Positions 1 through 7,277 of a stretch of 9,039 bases of DNA are shown here, in pieces. Below the pieces are notes generated by a model. It did not search any database, was not told the origin of the DNA, and worked only from the letters and a program-made list of their open reading frames with translations. The translations under genes and the position numbers were made by a program. Location: NCBI GenBank assembly GCA_964565725.1, contig CAZMGA010000011.1, positions 12,842-21,880 of the forward strand. Reading direction: 5' to 3'. The stretch comes from an uncultured archaeon (GTDB lineage Archaea > Iainarchaeota > Iainarchaeia > Iainarchaeales > 0-14-0-20-30-16). Position 1 is the stretch's first letter, and the number at the start of each line of letters is the position of its first letter.

Positions 1-573
1 GAAAGTGTTCAAAGTCATACTGGTAATTTAGCTGGTGATTACTCTATTTATAATGGAATATTTAATCAATTTAATATTGTGAGTGCGAACACAGTAAATG
101 AATTAGTAAATTTTTCTGCAATTTTATCTAAACCTAAAACAAAAAATATAACTATAATTACTAATGGCGGGGGATATGGTATATTATTATCTGATTATTT
201 TGAAGAATATAATATCCCTATTTTAGATTTTTCAGATAATTTAAAAAATGTTTTAAAGAAAAATTTACCTTTTGGAGTATCTGTTAAAAATCCTATAGAT
301 ATTATGGGAGATGCAAATACTGAAAGATATTTGACAGCTATAAATTTAACTAAACAAATATCAGATACCTATGTAATTATTTTATTAGGTCAAGTTTCTA
401 CAATTAATAAAGAAGAGGTTTTAAATCTTAAAAAAGGATTAGAAAAATTAAATAAAAATATATTTATTATTTCTACAATGGATGAATATACTAAAATATT
501 ACAAGAAAATTTTTTAGTTTATGAATTTCCAGAAGATTTAGCAAAATCTTTATCTAAAAATTTATTAAAATAA
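1..573 (+). CDS. ADP-forming acyl/acetyl-CoA synthetase-like CoA-binding protein, C-terminal part (5' end outside window)
   Basis: Frame 1 is open from base 1 (ESVQSHTGNLAGDYSIYNGIFNQFNIV...), so the GTG at 79 in the ORF track is internal. The pattern SHTGxLAG ... ITNGGGYGIL..D ... NPIDIMGDA matches what I know of the flavodoxin-like ligase-CoA domain of NDP-forming acyl-CoA synthetase alpha subunits. Stop TAA at 571-573. Confidence 0.7.
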   Translation, partial: ESVQSHTGNLAGDYSIYNGIFNQFNIVSANTVNELVNFSAILSKPKTKNITIITNGGGYGILLSDYFEEYNIPILDFSDNLKNVLKKNLPFGVSVKNPIDIMGDANTERYLTAINLTKQISDTYVIILLGQVSTINKEEVLNLKKGLEKLNKNIFIISTMDEYTKILQENFLVYEFPEDLAKSLSKNLLK

Positions 574-585
574 AAATGGAAAAAT

Positions 586-1014
586 TTATTTTCCTTTATT
601 TGCTTGTATAGGTAAATTAGTATAATCTACACAAAAATTTATTTTATTTAAAGCTTTTTTTGTTAAATAGGATTTTAAAAATGCTTTAATTAAATCTTTT
701 TGTTTTGGTGTTGATTCTTCAGATATACATGCATTAATTGCCTTTCCTGCGTTTACAGAATTAATAGCTTTTAATACTTTAGCAATATCTTCTTCGGATT
801 TTCCAATACCTTTTGTTATATTTTCAATATATTCATCTACAGATTTTATATTTATTGATTTCTTTAAATATTGTTCAATTTTTGCATCAAAGCTTATACT
901 TACTGATGCTAAAAAACTAGCTATATCTATTGTTGGAACATTATTATCTATTTTAAACTTTTTTATTGCTTTCCAATCATTTGTATTTGCTGTAAAAATT
1001 ATTTCTTCTGTCAT
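586..1014 (-). CDS. hypothetical protein (142 aa), no family recognised
   Basis: Complete ORF. The minus-strand sequence upstream of the ATG reads AAGGTGATACT-ATG, a Shine-Dalgarno-like GGTGAT. Convergent with the preceding CDS, 12 nt apart. Confidence 0.6.
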   Translation of the reverse strand: MTEEIIFTANTNDWKAIKKFKIDNNVPTIDIASFLASVSISFDAKIEQYLKKSINIKSVDEYIENITKGIGKSEEDIAKVLKAINSVNAGKAINACISEESTPKQKDLIKAFLKSYLTKKALNKINFCVDYTNLPIQANKGK

Positions 1015-1149
1015 AGTATCACCTTAATTATTAAAATATAATATATAGCTTAGTATTTTTATATCTTTATATTATCTGATCATTTTTATTTAATAATTTA
1101 ATAAGAATAATTTAGAAATGTTTATATATAACATTTATATAGTCTATTT

Positions 1150-1314
1150 ATGGCTAGAAAAGTAAATTTATTGGGTAATTTAGGAAACTTAGGGCATTTT
1201 GGTCATTTAGGATTTTTAGGTTATTATTATACACCTCTTAGATGGCTTCACATATTATATATATTCTATCTTTTGTACTTTTTGTATTTTTACAAAATGA
1301 ATAAAAATAAATAA
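1150..1314 (+). CDS. possible small ORF (54 aa): MARKVNLLGNLGNLGHFGHLGFLGYYYTPLRWLHILYIFYLLYFLYFYKMNKNK
   Basis: ATG at 1150, TAA at 1312-1314 (hand translated). TATA-like TTTATATA at 1121-1128 sits about 25 nt upstream, compatible with a leaderless mRNA. There is no SD. The glycine/leucine repeat comes from the 9-bp tandem array. The ORF could be an accident of the repeat. Confidence 0.2.
   Translation: MARKVNLLGNLGNLGHFGHLGFLGYYYTPLRWLHILYIFYLLYFLYFYKMNKNK
1171..1224. repeat. six tandem 9-bp units, consensus TTAGGNNAT
   Basis: ttgggtaat / ttaggaaac / ttagggcat / tttggtcat / ttaggattt / ttaggttat, head to tail with no spacer. It is a G-containing island in an AT-rich intergenic region. Confidence 0.8.
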
Positions 1315-1354
1315 AAATTAGATTATAAAAATAAAATATTAAAGTAATAATAAA

Positions 1355-1573
1355 TTAGATTTTTTTAATAATTTCTTTTAGAGATTCTTTTTTTAAATCT
1401 CCAATTTTTATATCTCCTTTTTCTTTGATATATGTAAATACTTCTGCATTAGATGTAATAAAATAATATTTTTCTTTAATTCAAAACTAGAATCAGGGAA
1501 TCTTTGATCCCCAAAAACAAAAATCACAATTTAGATTACATTTATTTCCTATTAAATAATGAATTTCATTCAC
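1355..1573 (-). pseudogene. radical SAM enzyme remnant (N-terminal CX3CX2C motif fused in frame to a C-terminal tail, interrupted by three stops)
   Basis: Minus-strand translation starting directly after the gatE stop: VNEIHYLIGNKCNLNCDFCFWGSKIP*F*F*IKEKYYFITSNAEVFTYIKEKGDIKIGDLKKESLKEIIKKI*. GxKCNLxCxFC is the canonical radical-SAM 4Fe-4S cluster motif. Only about 72 codons remain, against more than 200 expected. In-frame TGA/TAG/TGA lie at the junction. Confidence 0.55.
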
Positions 1574-3415
1574 TTATTTCACTTCATTTATTTTTTTTTC
1601 TAAGTATTGAGATAATTGTTTCATATCTGGTTTTATTTTATTTTCTGTTAATGTTTTCATTATTGTTCCAAACATTGCATTAATTGGTGAATGATGGTTT
1701 TTAATAAAGTCTTTATTTTCTTTTAAAATATTATCTATTATTTTTTTACTATTTTCATCTAATTCTGACTTTTGTAATGTGTTTAAAATTTCTTCTTTTG
1801 TTTTTCCAGATTCAAAATCTTTTATAGCTTTAGAAAAATCCTTTCTTGTTATTTTTTTTTCTTTTTCAGCATTTAATATCCATAAATATTTATTTAAATT
1901 TACTTTTTCTGGTAAAGCCATAAAAAAATCTGCTAAGCTTAAAGGATTATATTTTTCAATATATTTTGTAAATTGTTTTGCATAATTAGTTTGAGATATA
2001 TGCTCTGATATTTGTTGATTTAATCCATATTTTTTATAAATTTCAATTCTTTCATTATACCATAAAGGTAAATTATTTTTAATATCTAAAACTTCTTTTT
2101 TAGTAATATATCTTAAAGGTGTATCTGTTTCGGGATACATTCTTTCTGATCCTGCTAAAGGTCTAGAATATTCGGTTGTACCATCATTTAAAGGGTTTCT
2201 TGTTTCTTTTATTACACCTTCAAATAATTTTAATGCTCTTTCAAAAGCAATTTTTAATGCTCTTTCCGCTTCTTTTTGTTCTTCTATAACTATTACAAAT
2301 AAATCATTTTCATTTGCATTTAATTTTTTATTAATTTCTTTTATATTATCTAAAGTAAAGCCATATTTTGGTAATTCATCTGTATGGAATAGTCCTTTTG
2401 CTTTAGTTTGAACTTTTACATATCCTGATATTTCTGAACCTACTCTTTTTCCAGGCATAGTTTCTTTACCAAATAATCCTTTATAACCTTTTAATAATAT
2501 TGCTAATGCCTTTTGATTTTTTTTAATTGCTTCTTTTAATTTTTCATTTTCTGTTTTTAATATTATATCTGAAACATCATATATTTTAAATTCTTGATTT
2601 TTATCTACATTTTTATTTAAATAATTTTTAACTTCTATTAATGCTAATTGTCTTTTAACTTCATTTTCTACATATGTTTCAATTAAATCTAAATATTGTA
2701 CACCTTTTATTTCTATTCTGGCTCCTTCTTTAATTGATATATTTACATCTTGTCTTATTGAGCCTAATCCTCTTTTTGCATTTCCTGTTATTCTAAATAA
2801 TTCCCCAATTTTTTTTGCACATTCTTTAACTTCTTCAGGTGTTTCTAAATCTGGTTTTGTAGTGAACTCAATTAAAGGAATTCCTAATCTTTCTAATGCA
2901 TATTCTACTTTATTATTTGTATTATTTATTATTTGAGATGCATCTTCTTCTAAACAGATACTTGCAATACCTATATTTTTATTATAAATATTTAAAAATC
3001 CATTTTGTGCAATTAAGGAAGTTCTTTGAAACCCAGAAGTATTTGATCCATCAATAACCATTTTTCTCATAATAAATACAGTATCAAAAATTTCTGAATT
3101 TGTTTTTAATGCAACTTCTAAAGTAGTTTTTAAAGCTTCTTCATTTATGTTTTGTGGAGGTTCTTCATCCAATTCAACTAAACAAATTTTATTCTTGTGT
3201 GCGTTATAAAAATAAGTTCTGCCTTTTTTATATTCTTGTAATGCTGTTTTATCAAATTCTCCTTTTTCTGAAGCTACAGGTCTTAATTTTCTATTAATTT
3301 CAAATTCCCCTAAATCCTCATATATTTCAGAGTTACAATTACAAAATAATTTTTTTGTATTTAATTGTTGATGGCATTCTAAACCCGCTTTAAACCCTAA
3401 TTCTTTATAATTCAT
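1574..3415 (-). CDS. gatE: Glu-tRNA(Gln) amidotransferase subunit E (archaeal GatE)
   Basis: 613-aa ORF. The N-terminus MNYKELGFKAGLECHQQLNTKKLFCNC..., the overall length and the GatB/E-type core plus helical C-terminal tail match GatE as I know it. SD-like GTGAT lies just upstream of the ATG on the minus strand. Confidence 0.92.
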   Translation of the reverse strand: MNYKELGFKAGLECHQQLNTKKLFCNCNSEIYEDLGEFEINRKLRPVASEKGEFDKTALQEYKKGRTYFYNAHKNKICLVELDEEPPQNINEEALKTTLEVALKTNSEIFDTVFIMRKMVIDGSNTSGFQRTSLIAQNGFLNIYNKNIGIASICLEEDASQIINNTNNKVEYALERLGIPLIEFTTKPDLETPEEVKECAKKIGELFRITGNAKRGLGSIRQDVNISIKEGARIEIKGVQYLDLIETYVENEVKRQLALIEVKNYLNKNVDKNQEFKIYDVSDIILKTENEKLKEAIKKNQKALAILLKGYKGLFGKETMPGKRVGSEISGYVKVQTKAKGLFHTDELPKYGFTLDNIKEINKKLNANENDLFVIVIEEQKEAERALKIAFERALKLFEGVIKETRNPLNDGTTEYSRPLAGSERMYPETDTPLRYITKKEVLDIKNNLPLWYNERIEIYKKYGLNQQISEHISQTNYAKQFTKYIEKYNPLSLADFFMALPEKVNLNKYLWILNAEKEKKITRKDFSKAIKDFESGKTKEEILNTLQKSELDENSKKIIDNILKENKDFIKNHHSPINAMFGTIMKTLTENKIKPDMKQLSQYLEKKINEVK

Positions 3416-3486
3416 TTAATCACTATACTAAATATTTATATATTATTATCATTTAACTTATATAAATATATCTTATGGGTGAAATT

Positions 3487-3753
3487 ATGGATAAAATTAA
3501 TTTGTCATATTTATTAATTGGAATAATATGTAGTTTATTTATTTTACTAATAATCGTGTTGATTATTTACTTTGTAAAAGTTTATAATTATAACAAAAAT
3601 AAGCCTAGGAGAAAATATTTAGTAAAAGATGAGGAAAAACACACTTGGCAAGGTTTTGAAACTCAAGATGAAGTAAAAGTAAAGTATAAGCCTAAAAAAT
3701 ATAAAGTTAGAGAATATGAAGTTAAATCTCCTAAATATAAAGGTAGTAAATAA
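3487..3753 (+). CDS. small membrane protein, one N-terminal TM helix and a Lys/Tyr-rich tail (88 aa from the second ATG)
   Basis: The ORF track starts at 3475, but GGGTGA (3477-3482) is an SD-like motif 4 nt before the ATG at 3487. MDKINLSYLLIGIICSLFILLIIVLIIYFV is a clear TM segment. The tail is KVKYKPKKYKVREYEVKSPKYKGSK. This ORF fills an otherwise 340-nt gap between gatE and the HAD gene. Confidence 0.5.
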   Translation: MDKINLSYLLIGIICSLFILLIIVLIIYFVKVYNYNKNKPRRKYLVKDEEKHTWQGFETQDEVKVKYKPKKYKVREYEVKSPKYKGSK

Positions 3754-4365
3754 TTACTTTTTTAGATATTTTTCCAATTGTTTAAAAGAAGTAATTCTTT
3801 CTTTTACATTTTTATATTCGTTTTTTCTATCTATTAATAATGCATTCATACCTGCGTTTTTTGCGCCTATATAATCATTTTCGTAATGATTCCCTATAAA
3901 TAAGATCTCATTAGGTTTTAGATTTAATTTTTTAATTGCCTTTTCAAATATTTTTTTATCTGGTTTTTTTAATTCTTCTTCATAGGAATAAATAACAAAA
4001 TCAAATATTTTTTTATATCCCCAATTGTTAATAATTTCTTTTGTAACAAATGAGCAATTACTTATTATTCCATATTTATAATCTTTCATTAATGGCAATA
4101 TATATTCGAAATCAGAGAATTCAACATAATTTGTTTTTGTATGTTTATTCATTAATATTTTTAGCTTTTTTAATTTCATAGCTCCGCAGGTTTGTTTAAA
4201 ATAATTATAAAATTCATCTAAATTAGTATTAGTTATCATTATTTTTTCAATAAAACTTTCACCCAGGTTTTGTTTAATAAACTTCATTAGGTTATCATGT
4301 GTTTTATTGCTTTTATTTCTCAATATAGTATCCCATATATCAAATACAATTGCTTTAATAACCAT
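3754..4365 (-). CDS. HAD-superfamily hydrolase (subfamily IA-like)
   Basis: N-terminal VFDIWDTIL (motif I-like), ISNCS (motif II Ser), a KPD lysine and FIGNHYENDYIGAKNAGM (acidic motif IV). The 203-aa size is typical. Confidence 0.85.
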   Translation of the reverse strand: MVIKAIVFDIWDTILRNKSNKTHDNLMKFIKQNLGESFIEKIMITNTNLDEFYNYFKQTCGAMKLKKLKILMNKHTKTNYVEFSDFEYILPLMKDYKYGIISNCSFVTKEIINNWGYKKIFDFVIYSYEEELKKPDKKIFEKAIKKLNLKPNEILFIGNHYENDYIGAKNAGMNALLIDRKNEYKNVKERITSFKQLEKYLKK

Positions 4366-4383
4366 AATATATATACTCTTTAA

Positions 4384-4497
4384 GATATAAAAATCTTTTT
4401 ATCACTTTTCAGTATAATTCAAATATTCCCTTTATTTAGTATAATAGCAATAAGTACTTTGTTTTGTGTATTGTTCAGAAAGAAGAATAAGATTTAA
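4384..4497 (+). repeat. module copy A: degenerate 'motif-TM-basic-stop' coding remnant (…IFLSLFSIIQIFPLFSIIAISTLFCVLFRKKNKI*)
   Basis: The core 4426-4497 aligns with copies B and C. The frame is open from 4384, but no ATG/GTG/TTG precedes the helix. Relative to B/C it has an 18-nt in-frame deletion and a 27-nt in-frame internal duplication (ttcagtataattcaaata / tttagtataatagcaata). The ancestral stop position is now AAG, with a 2-codon extension. Confidence 0.7.
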
Positions 4498-4539
4498 ATA
4501 AACTATAGTGCTATTTATATTATGATAAAAAGAATTTTT

Positions 4540-4580
4540 AACTAGTTTTCATTGACCCCTAAACACCTTAGGGACTAGTT
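4540..4580. other. two-tier hairpin (type I), followed by a T5 tract
   Basis: Outer stem aactagt (4540-4546) pairs with actagtt (4574-4580), 7 bp. Inner stem ccctaa (4557-4562) pairs with ttaggg (4568-4573), 6 bp, with a 5-nt loop. There is a 10-nt 5' bulge. GGCTTTTT lies at 4583-4590. It shares the arms GACCC(C)TAA ... CCTTA..GGACT with the hairpin at 6846-6913. Confidence 0.6.
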
Positions 4581-4636
4581 CAGGCTTTTTATACTATTTG
4601 TATGTCTGGCATTTTAACTTTAAAAGGAGAGTTAAT

Positions 4637-6166
4637 ATGTCGTTATTAATTATAAAGAATTTAAGTAAAGACTTTTCTCACAAAGTAATCTTTGAGAATG
4701 AGGAATTAATAATAAATGAAACTGATAAGATTGGTTTAATTGGTAAGAATGGCTCGGGTAAAACCACTTTAATAAATATCATCTTAGGTAAAGAATCATT
4801 TTTTGGTAATTTGCAAAAATTAGATTTAAAGATAAGTGTTTTAGAACAACAATCTTTAAATGCAAATCAAAAAGTAATTGATTTCTTAAATATAGATTTG
4901 TATTCTGATAATTCAGATTTAATATCTAAAGTTTTGGAATTATTTAATAAATTTGCATTAAGTTCAGAATTATTTGATCAAAATTTGTTAACTTTATCTG
5001 GTGGAGAAAAAACTAAATTAGCTTTAATAAAAATAATGCTTCAAGATCCAGATTTGTTAATATTGGATGAGCCCACAAATCATTTAGATTTTTTAGGTTT
5101 ATATATTTTACAAAAATTCTTAAAAGATTTTTCTAAAGCTTACATTTTAGTTTCCCACAATAGAGATTTTTTAGATAACAATACAAATAAAATTGTTGAA
5201 ATTGAAAATACTAAACTATTATCTTATGAAGGAAATTATTCTGAATTTAAAGAAAAAAAACAAAAAGAATTTGAACTTAAAATTGAATTATATGAAAATA
5301 ATTTAAAAGAGCACAAAAGATTAAAAAAAAGTGCAATCCAGAAATTAGAATGGTCTCAAAATAATTGTGCTATTAAGAAACCTAAACCACATGATAAATT
5401 AAGATTTCAATCTTATAATAGGTTAAATAAAGGTTATGATTTTAATGCAATAAATGCAAAAATAATATTTGACAGAGCTAATGCTATTGATTTGTCTAAG
5501 CCTTTTGAAGATACTGAAAGATTAAATATTGAAATTTTGCCATTTGAAAAAAGCTATAATGAAGTTTTGGTTTTGCAAAAAATTTCTAAAACAATTAATA
5601 AAGAATTGTTTAGCAATTTGAATTTAGAAATTAAAAGACTCGAAAAAGTTTTCATAGTAGGGAGAAATGGTTCTGGTAAGACAACTTTATTAAATATTAT
5701 TTGTGGCAAAGATAAAGATTTTTCTGGAAATTTAATTTTAGGTGAAAATGTAAATGTTGGTTATATTACTCAAGACAAATCTTTCTTGCATAAAGATTGC
5801 AATATTTTAGAATATTTATTAGAGCAACATAAAGATCTGGATGAATTTATTTTAAGAGATTATTTGGCTAAATTTTTATTTAAGGGTAATGATATAAACA
5901 AAAAGCTAAACATTCTTTCAGGGGGAGAAATAATGCGTTTAGATTTGTTAGATAAATTACTTTACAAATGTAATTTCTTAATTTTAGATGAGCCAACAAA
6001 TAATTTAGATATTGCCACTATTGAATTATTAGAACAAGCTTTAATAGATTTTCAAGGCACTATATTATGCATATCTCACGATAAGCAATTAATAAAAAAT
6101 GTTGCAACAATAGTTTACGAGTTAACTGAAAAAGGATTGAGGGCATTAAACAAAGAATTTATTTAA
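4637..6166 (+). CDS. ABC-F-type soluble twin-NBD ATPase
   Basis: Two complete NBDs: Walker A GKNGSGKT and GRNGSGKT; signatures LSGGEKTK and LSGGEIMR; Walker [13 protein letters not shown] and [12 protein letters not shown]; H-loops VSHNRDF and ISHDKQL. A Lys-rich helical interdomain linker is present and there is no TM domain. GGAGAG (4626-4631) precedes the ATG at 4637, so the track's 4598 start is probably too long. Confidence 0.9.
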   Translation: MSLLIIKNLSKDFSHKVIFENEELIINETDKIGLIGKNGSGKTTLINIILGKESFFGNLQKLDLKISVLEQQSLNANQKVIDFLNIDLYSDNSDLISKVLELFNKFALSSELFDQNLLTLSGGEKTKLALIKIMLQDPDLLILDEPTNHLDFLGLYILQKFLKDFSKAYILVSHNRDFLDNNTNKIVEIENTKLLSYEGNYSEFKEKKQKEFELKIELYENNLKEHKRLKKSAIQKLEWSQNNCAIKKPKPHDKLRFQSYNRLNKGYDFNAINAKIIFDRANAIDLSKPFEDTERLNIEILPFEKSYNEVLVLQKISKTINKELFSNLNLEIKRLEKVFIVGRNGSGKTTLLNIICGKDKDFSGNLILGENVNVGYITQDKSFLHKDCNILEYLLEQHKDLDEFILRDYLAKFLFKGNDINKKLNILSGGEIMRLDLLDKLLYKCNFLILDEPTNNLDIATIELLEQALIDFQGTILCISHDKQLIKNVATIVYELTEKGLRALNKEFI

Positions 6167-6206
6167 TAACATTTTTATATTTGTATTGTAGTATTATGTT
6201 ATAGTT

Positions 6207-6839
6207 TTGGATACTTTTTCTAATGTAAAATATATTTTCATTGATGAAAGTGGTGATTTAGGGCAGTATGGTTCAGAATATTTTACTATAGTTGCATTAA
6301 CAACTAGTGATATTAAGAAAATAGGAAGAATAATAAAAAAAGTCAGACAACGAATAATGAAAAAGAAACTTAAGAATTTATCTGAAATTAAAGCTAATAA
6401 TTCAAACGAAATAATAAGAAAATATGTTTTAAATAGTTTAATTAATTGTAATTGTTTAATTTCTTCAATAGTGATTCCGAAATCAAAAATAAAACAAGAA
6501 TTATATGGCTCTAAAAATAAATTATATAATTATCTTTGTGGAGTTTTATTTAGTCATATTGATTTAAATGTTTCTTATTTAGAAATAATTATTGATAAAA
6601 AAGATAGTAATAAATTATTACGAGAGGACTTCAATCATTATATTTCAGAAAAAATAAAAGAGAAAGTAAAAATTAAATTTAGTATTACTCATTTAGATTC
6701 TCAAGCATCTAATGAGTTGCAAGTAGTTGATTTTGTTGCATGGGCAATAAATAGAAAATATTCTCATAAAGACGATACTTATTATAATATAATCGAGAAA
6801 CTAATTTGTAATAAAGATAAACAAGAAATTTGGAAATAA
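6207..6839 (+). CDS. DUF3800-family protein
   Basis: N-terminal YIFIDESGD and C-terminal ELQVVDFVAWAI are the two acidic motifs I associate with DUF3800. The only canonical start before the conserved N-terminus is TTG at 6207, with an in-frame TAG at 6189-6191. It lies 40 nt downstream of the ABC-F stop on the same strand. Confidence 0.78.
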   Translation: MDTFSNVKYIFIDESGDLGQYGSEYFTIVALTTSDIKKIGRIIKKVRQRIMKKKLKNLSEIKANNSNEIIRKYVLNSLINCNCLISSIVIPKSKIKQELYGSKNKLYNYLCGVLFSHIDLNVSYLEIIIDKKDSNKLLREDFNHYISEKIKEKVKIKFSITHLDSQASNELQVVDFVAWAINRKYSHKDDTYYNIIEKLICNKDKQEIWK

Positions 6840-6845
6840 GAATAA

Positions 6846-6913
6846 GTGTGGACCCTAAGCAAGACCAATTCGTGCACCATCCGGTACACTCCTTACTAAG
6901 GACTTACCCACAT
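6846..6913. other. long imperfect three-tier hairpin (type I, expanded), relatively GC-rich
   Basis: Basal stem 6847-6851 pairs with 6908-6912 (tgtgg/ccaca). Middle stem 6853-6863 pairs with 6892-6901 (9 pairs, 2 C/A mismatches, 1 bulged A). Apical stem 6872-6878 pairs with 6883-6889 (6 pairs, 1 C/A mismatch), loop atcc. It starts 7 nt after the DUF3800 stop. Confidence 0.6.
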
Positions 6914-6975
6914 ATATAATTATATCTATGATATATAAATATTTTTTGATAATTATTTATAAAGATTAAACATAA

Positions 6976-7059
6976 TCCCCATTCTGGATAGTATTCTCAT
7001 CATTAGGAATAATTGCAGTAAGCACTGGGTTTTGTGTGTTGTTGAGAAAGAGAAATTAG
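6976..7059 (+). repeat. module copy B: 'motif-TM-basic-stop' coding remnant (SPFWIVFSSLGIIAVSTGFCVLLRKRN*) without a start codon
   Basis: About 78% nt identity to copy C over 27 codons by hand alignment. In-frame TAA at 6967-6969 and 6973-6975 lie immediately upstream, and no start codon is present. Stop TAG at 7057-7059. Confidence 0.75.
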
Positions 7060-7063
7060 ATTT

Positions 7064-7100
7064 TAGTATAATGGAAATTAGTATAACCACCATTATACTA
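7064..7100. other. perfect 11-bp-stem hairpin containing a direct repeat of TTAGTATAA
   Basis: tagtataatgg (7064-7074) pairs with ccattatacta (7090-7100), with a 15-nt loop. ttagtataa occurs at 7063-7071 and 7078-7086. agtataat also occurs twice inside module A (4411-4418, 4439-4446). Confidence 0.6.
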
Positions 7101-7115
7101 ATTCTGGTTATAATG

Positions 7116-7179
7116 AATTTGTCCGGAAAAAGCGGACAAAATGTGTCAATATTGTCCGGAAAAAACGGAAGAAATTTCC
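7116..7179. other. hairpin (type II) plus a degenerate direct copy
   Basis: tttgtccg (7118-7125) pairs with cggacaaa (7133-7140), 8 bp, loop gaaaaag. The 20-nt direct repeat ttgtccggaaaaagcggaca (7119-7138) versus ttgtccggaaaaaacggaag (7152-7171) matches at 17/20. A small ggaa/ttcc hairpin lies at 7167-7179. The right arm GACAAAATGT recurs at 8634-8643 and 8666-8675. Confidence 0.6.
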
Positions 7180-7190
7180 TTTGTATGTAG

Positions 7191-7245
7191 ATTCCTTACG
7201 GAATTCCGTAAAGAATACTATGATTTTCTTACGTAAAAGCGTAAG
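7191..7245. promoter_or_regulatory. two CTTACG-type inverted repeats immediately upstream of a TATA-like box
   Basis: A 26-bp palindrome attccttacggaattccgtaaagaat (7191-7216) has a perfect 16-bp core at 7196-7211 and one C/A mismatch. A hairpin cttacg-taaaag-cgtaag lies at 7228-7245. TATATATAT at 7247-7255 is centred about 27 nt before the ATG at 7278, suggesting a leaderless mRNA. Confidence 0.45.
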
Positions 7246-7277
7246 GTATATATATTTCTTATAATACTAATTATAAT

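Noticed and set aside
1779-1985. 68-aa + strand ORF from the six-frame track
   Set aside because: It lies entirely antisense within the well-supported gatE CDS. Its low-complexity F/S/K-rich translation is typical of the reverse frame of an AT-rich gene. There is no SD or promoter.
3475-3486. First ATG of the small membrane protein ORF
   Set aside because: The SD-like GGTGA lies inside these codons and is positioned for the ATG at 3487. Either start remains possible.
4520-4590. C/D-box sRNA upstream of the ABC-F gene
   Set aside because: tatgataaa and ttga/ctgg only loosely resemble C (RUGAUGA) and D (CUGA) boxes. No C'/D' pair or terminal stem is evident.
4598-4636. N-terminal extension of the ABC-F ORF ([13 protein letters not shown]…)
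   Set aside because: GGAGAG at 4626-4631 is correctly spaced for the ATG at 4637. ABC NBDs normally begin close to the MSLLxIxNLSK beta-strand. The extension would also overlap the putative TATA/T-tract.
1171-6901. TTAGGG-type motif shared by the 9-mer array and the type I hairpin stems, as one regulon or telomere-like signal
   Set aside because: The shared word is only 5-6 nt. Recurrence could be chance despite the low G content. I kept it as a side remark only.
6846-6913. tRNA or tRNA fragment (GC-rich island of about 68 nt)
   Set aside because: No cloverleaf can be drawn on either strand. There is no GTTCRA T-loop and no D-arm. The sequence folds as one long imperfect hairpin instead.
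6846-6913. Classical integron attC sites / integron cassette array
   Set aside because: I cannot find the RYYYAAC…GTTRRRY core pairs. There is no intI-like gene or attI in the window. Each cargo block is flanked by its own hairpin family on both sides, which is not the one-attC-per-cassette pattern. An integron-like mechanism in a loose sense is kept only as a hypothesis.
6914-6975. Possible 5' coding continuation or promoter of module B
   Set aside because: The segment is pure AT-rich sequence with stops in the module frame (6967, 6973). Its similarity to the region upstream of module C (agattaaacataat versus agacaaaatgtact) requires indels that are not multiples of 3. I treat it as a decayed leader, not coding sequence.
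6976-7059. PGF-CTERM / archaeosortase sorting signal
   Set aside because: The architecture fits, but the motif is (S/N)PFW rather than PGF. There is no upstream protein body or signal peptide, so it cannot be called a functional sorting signal from this window.
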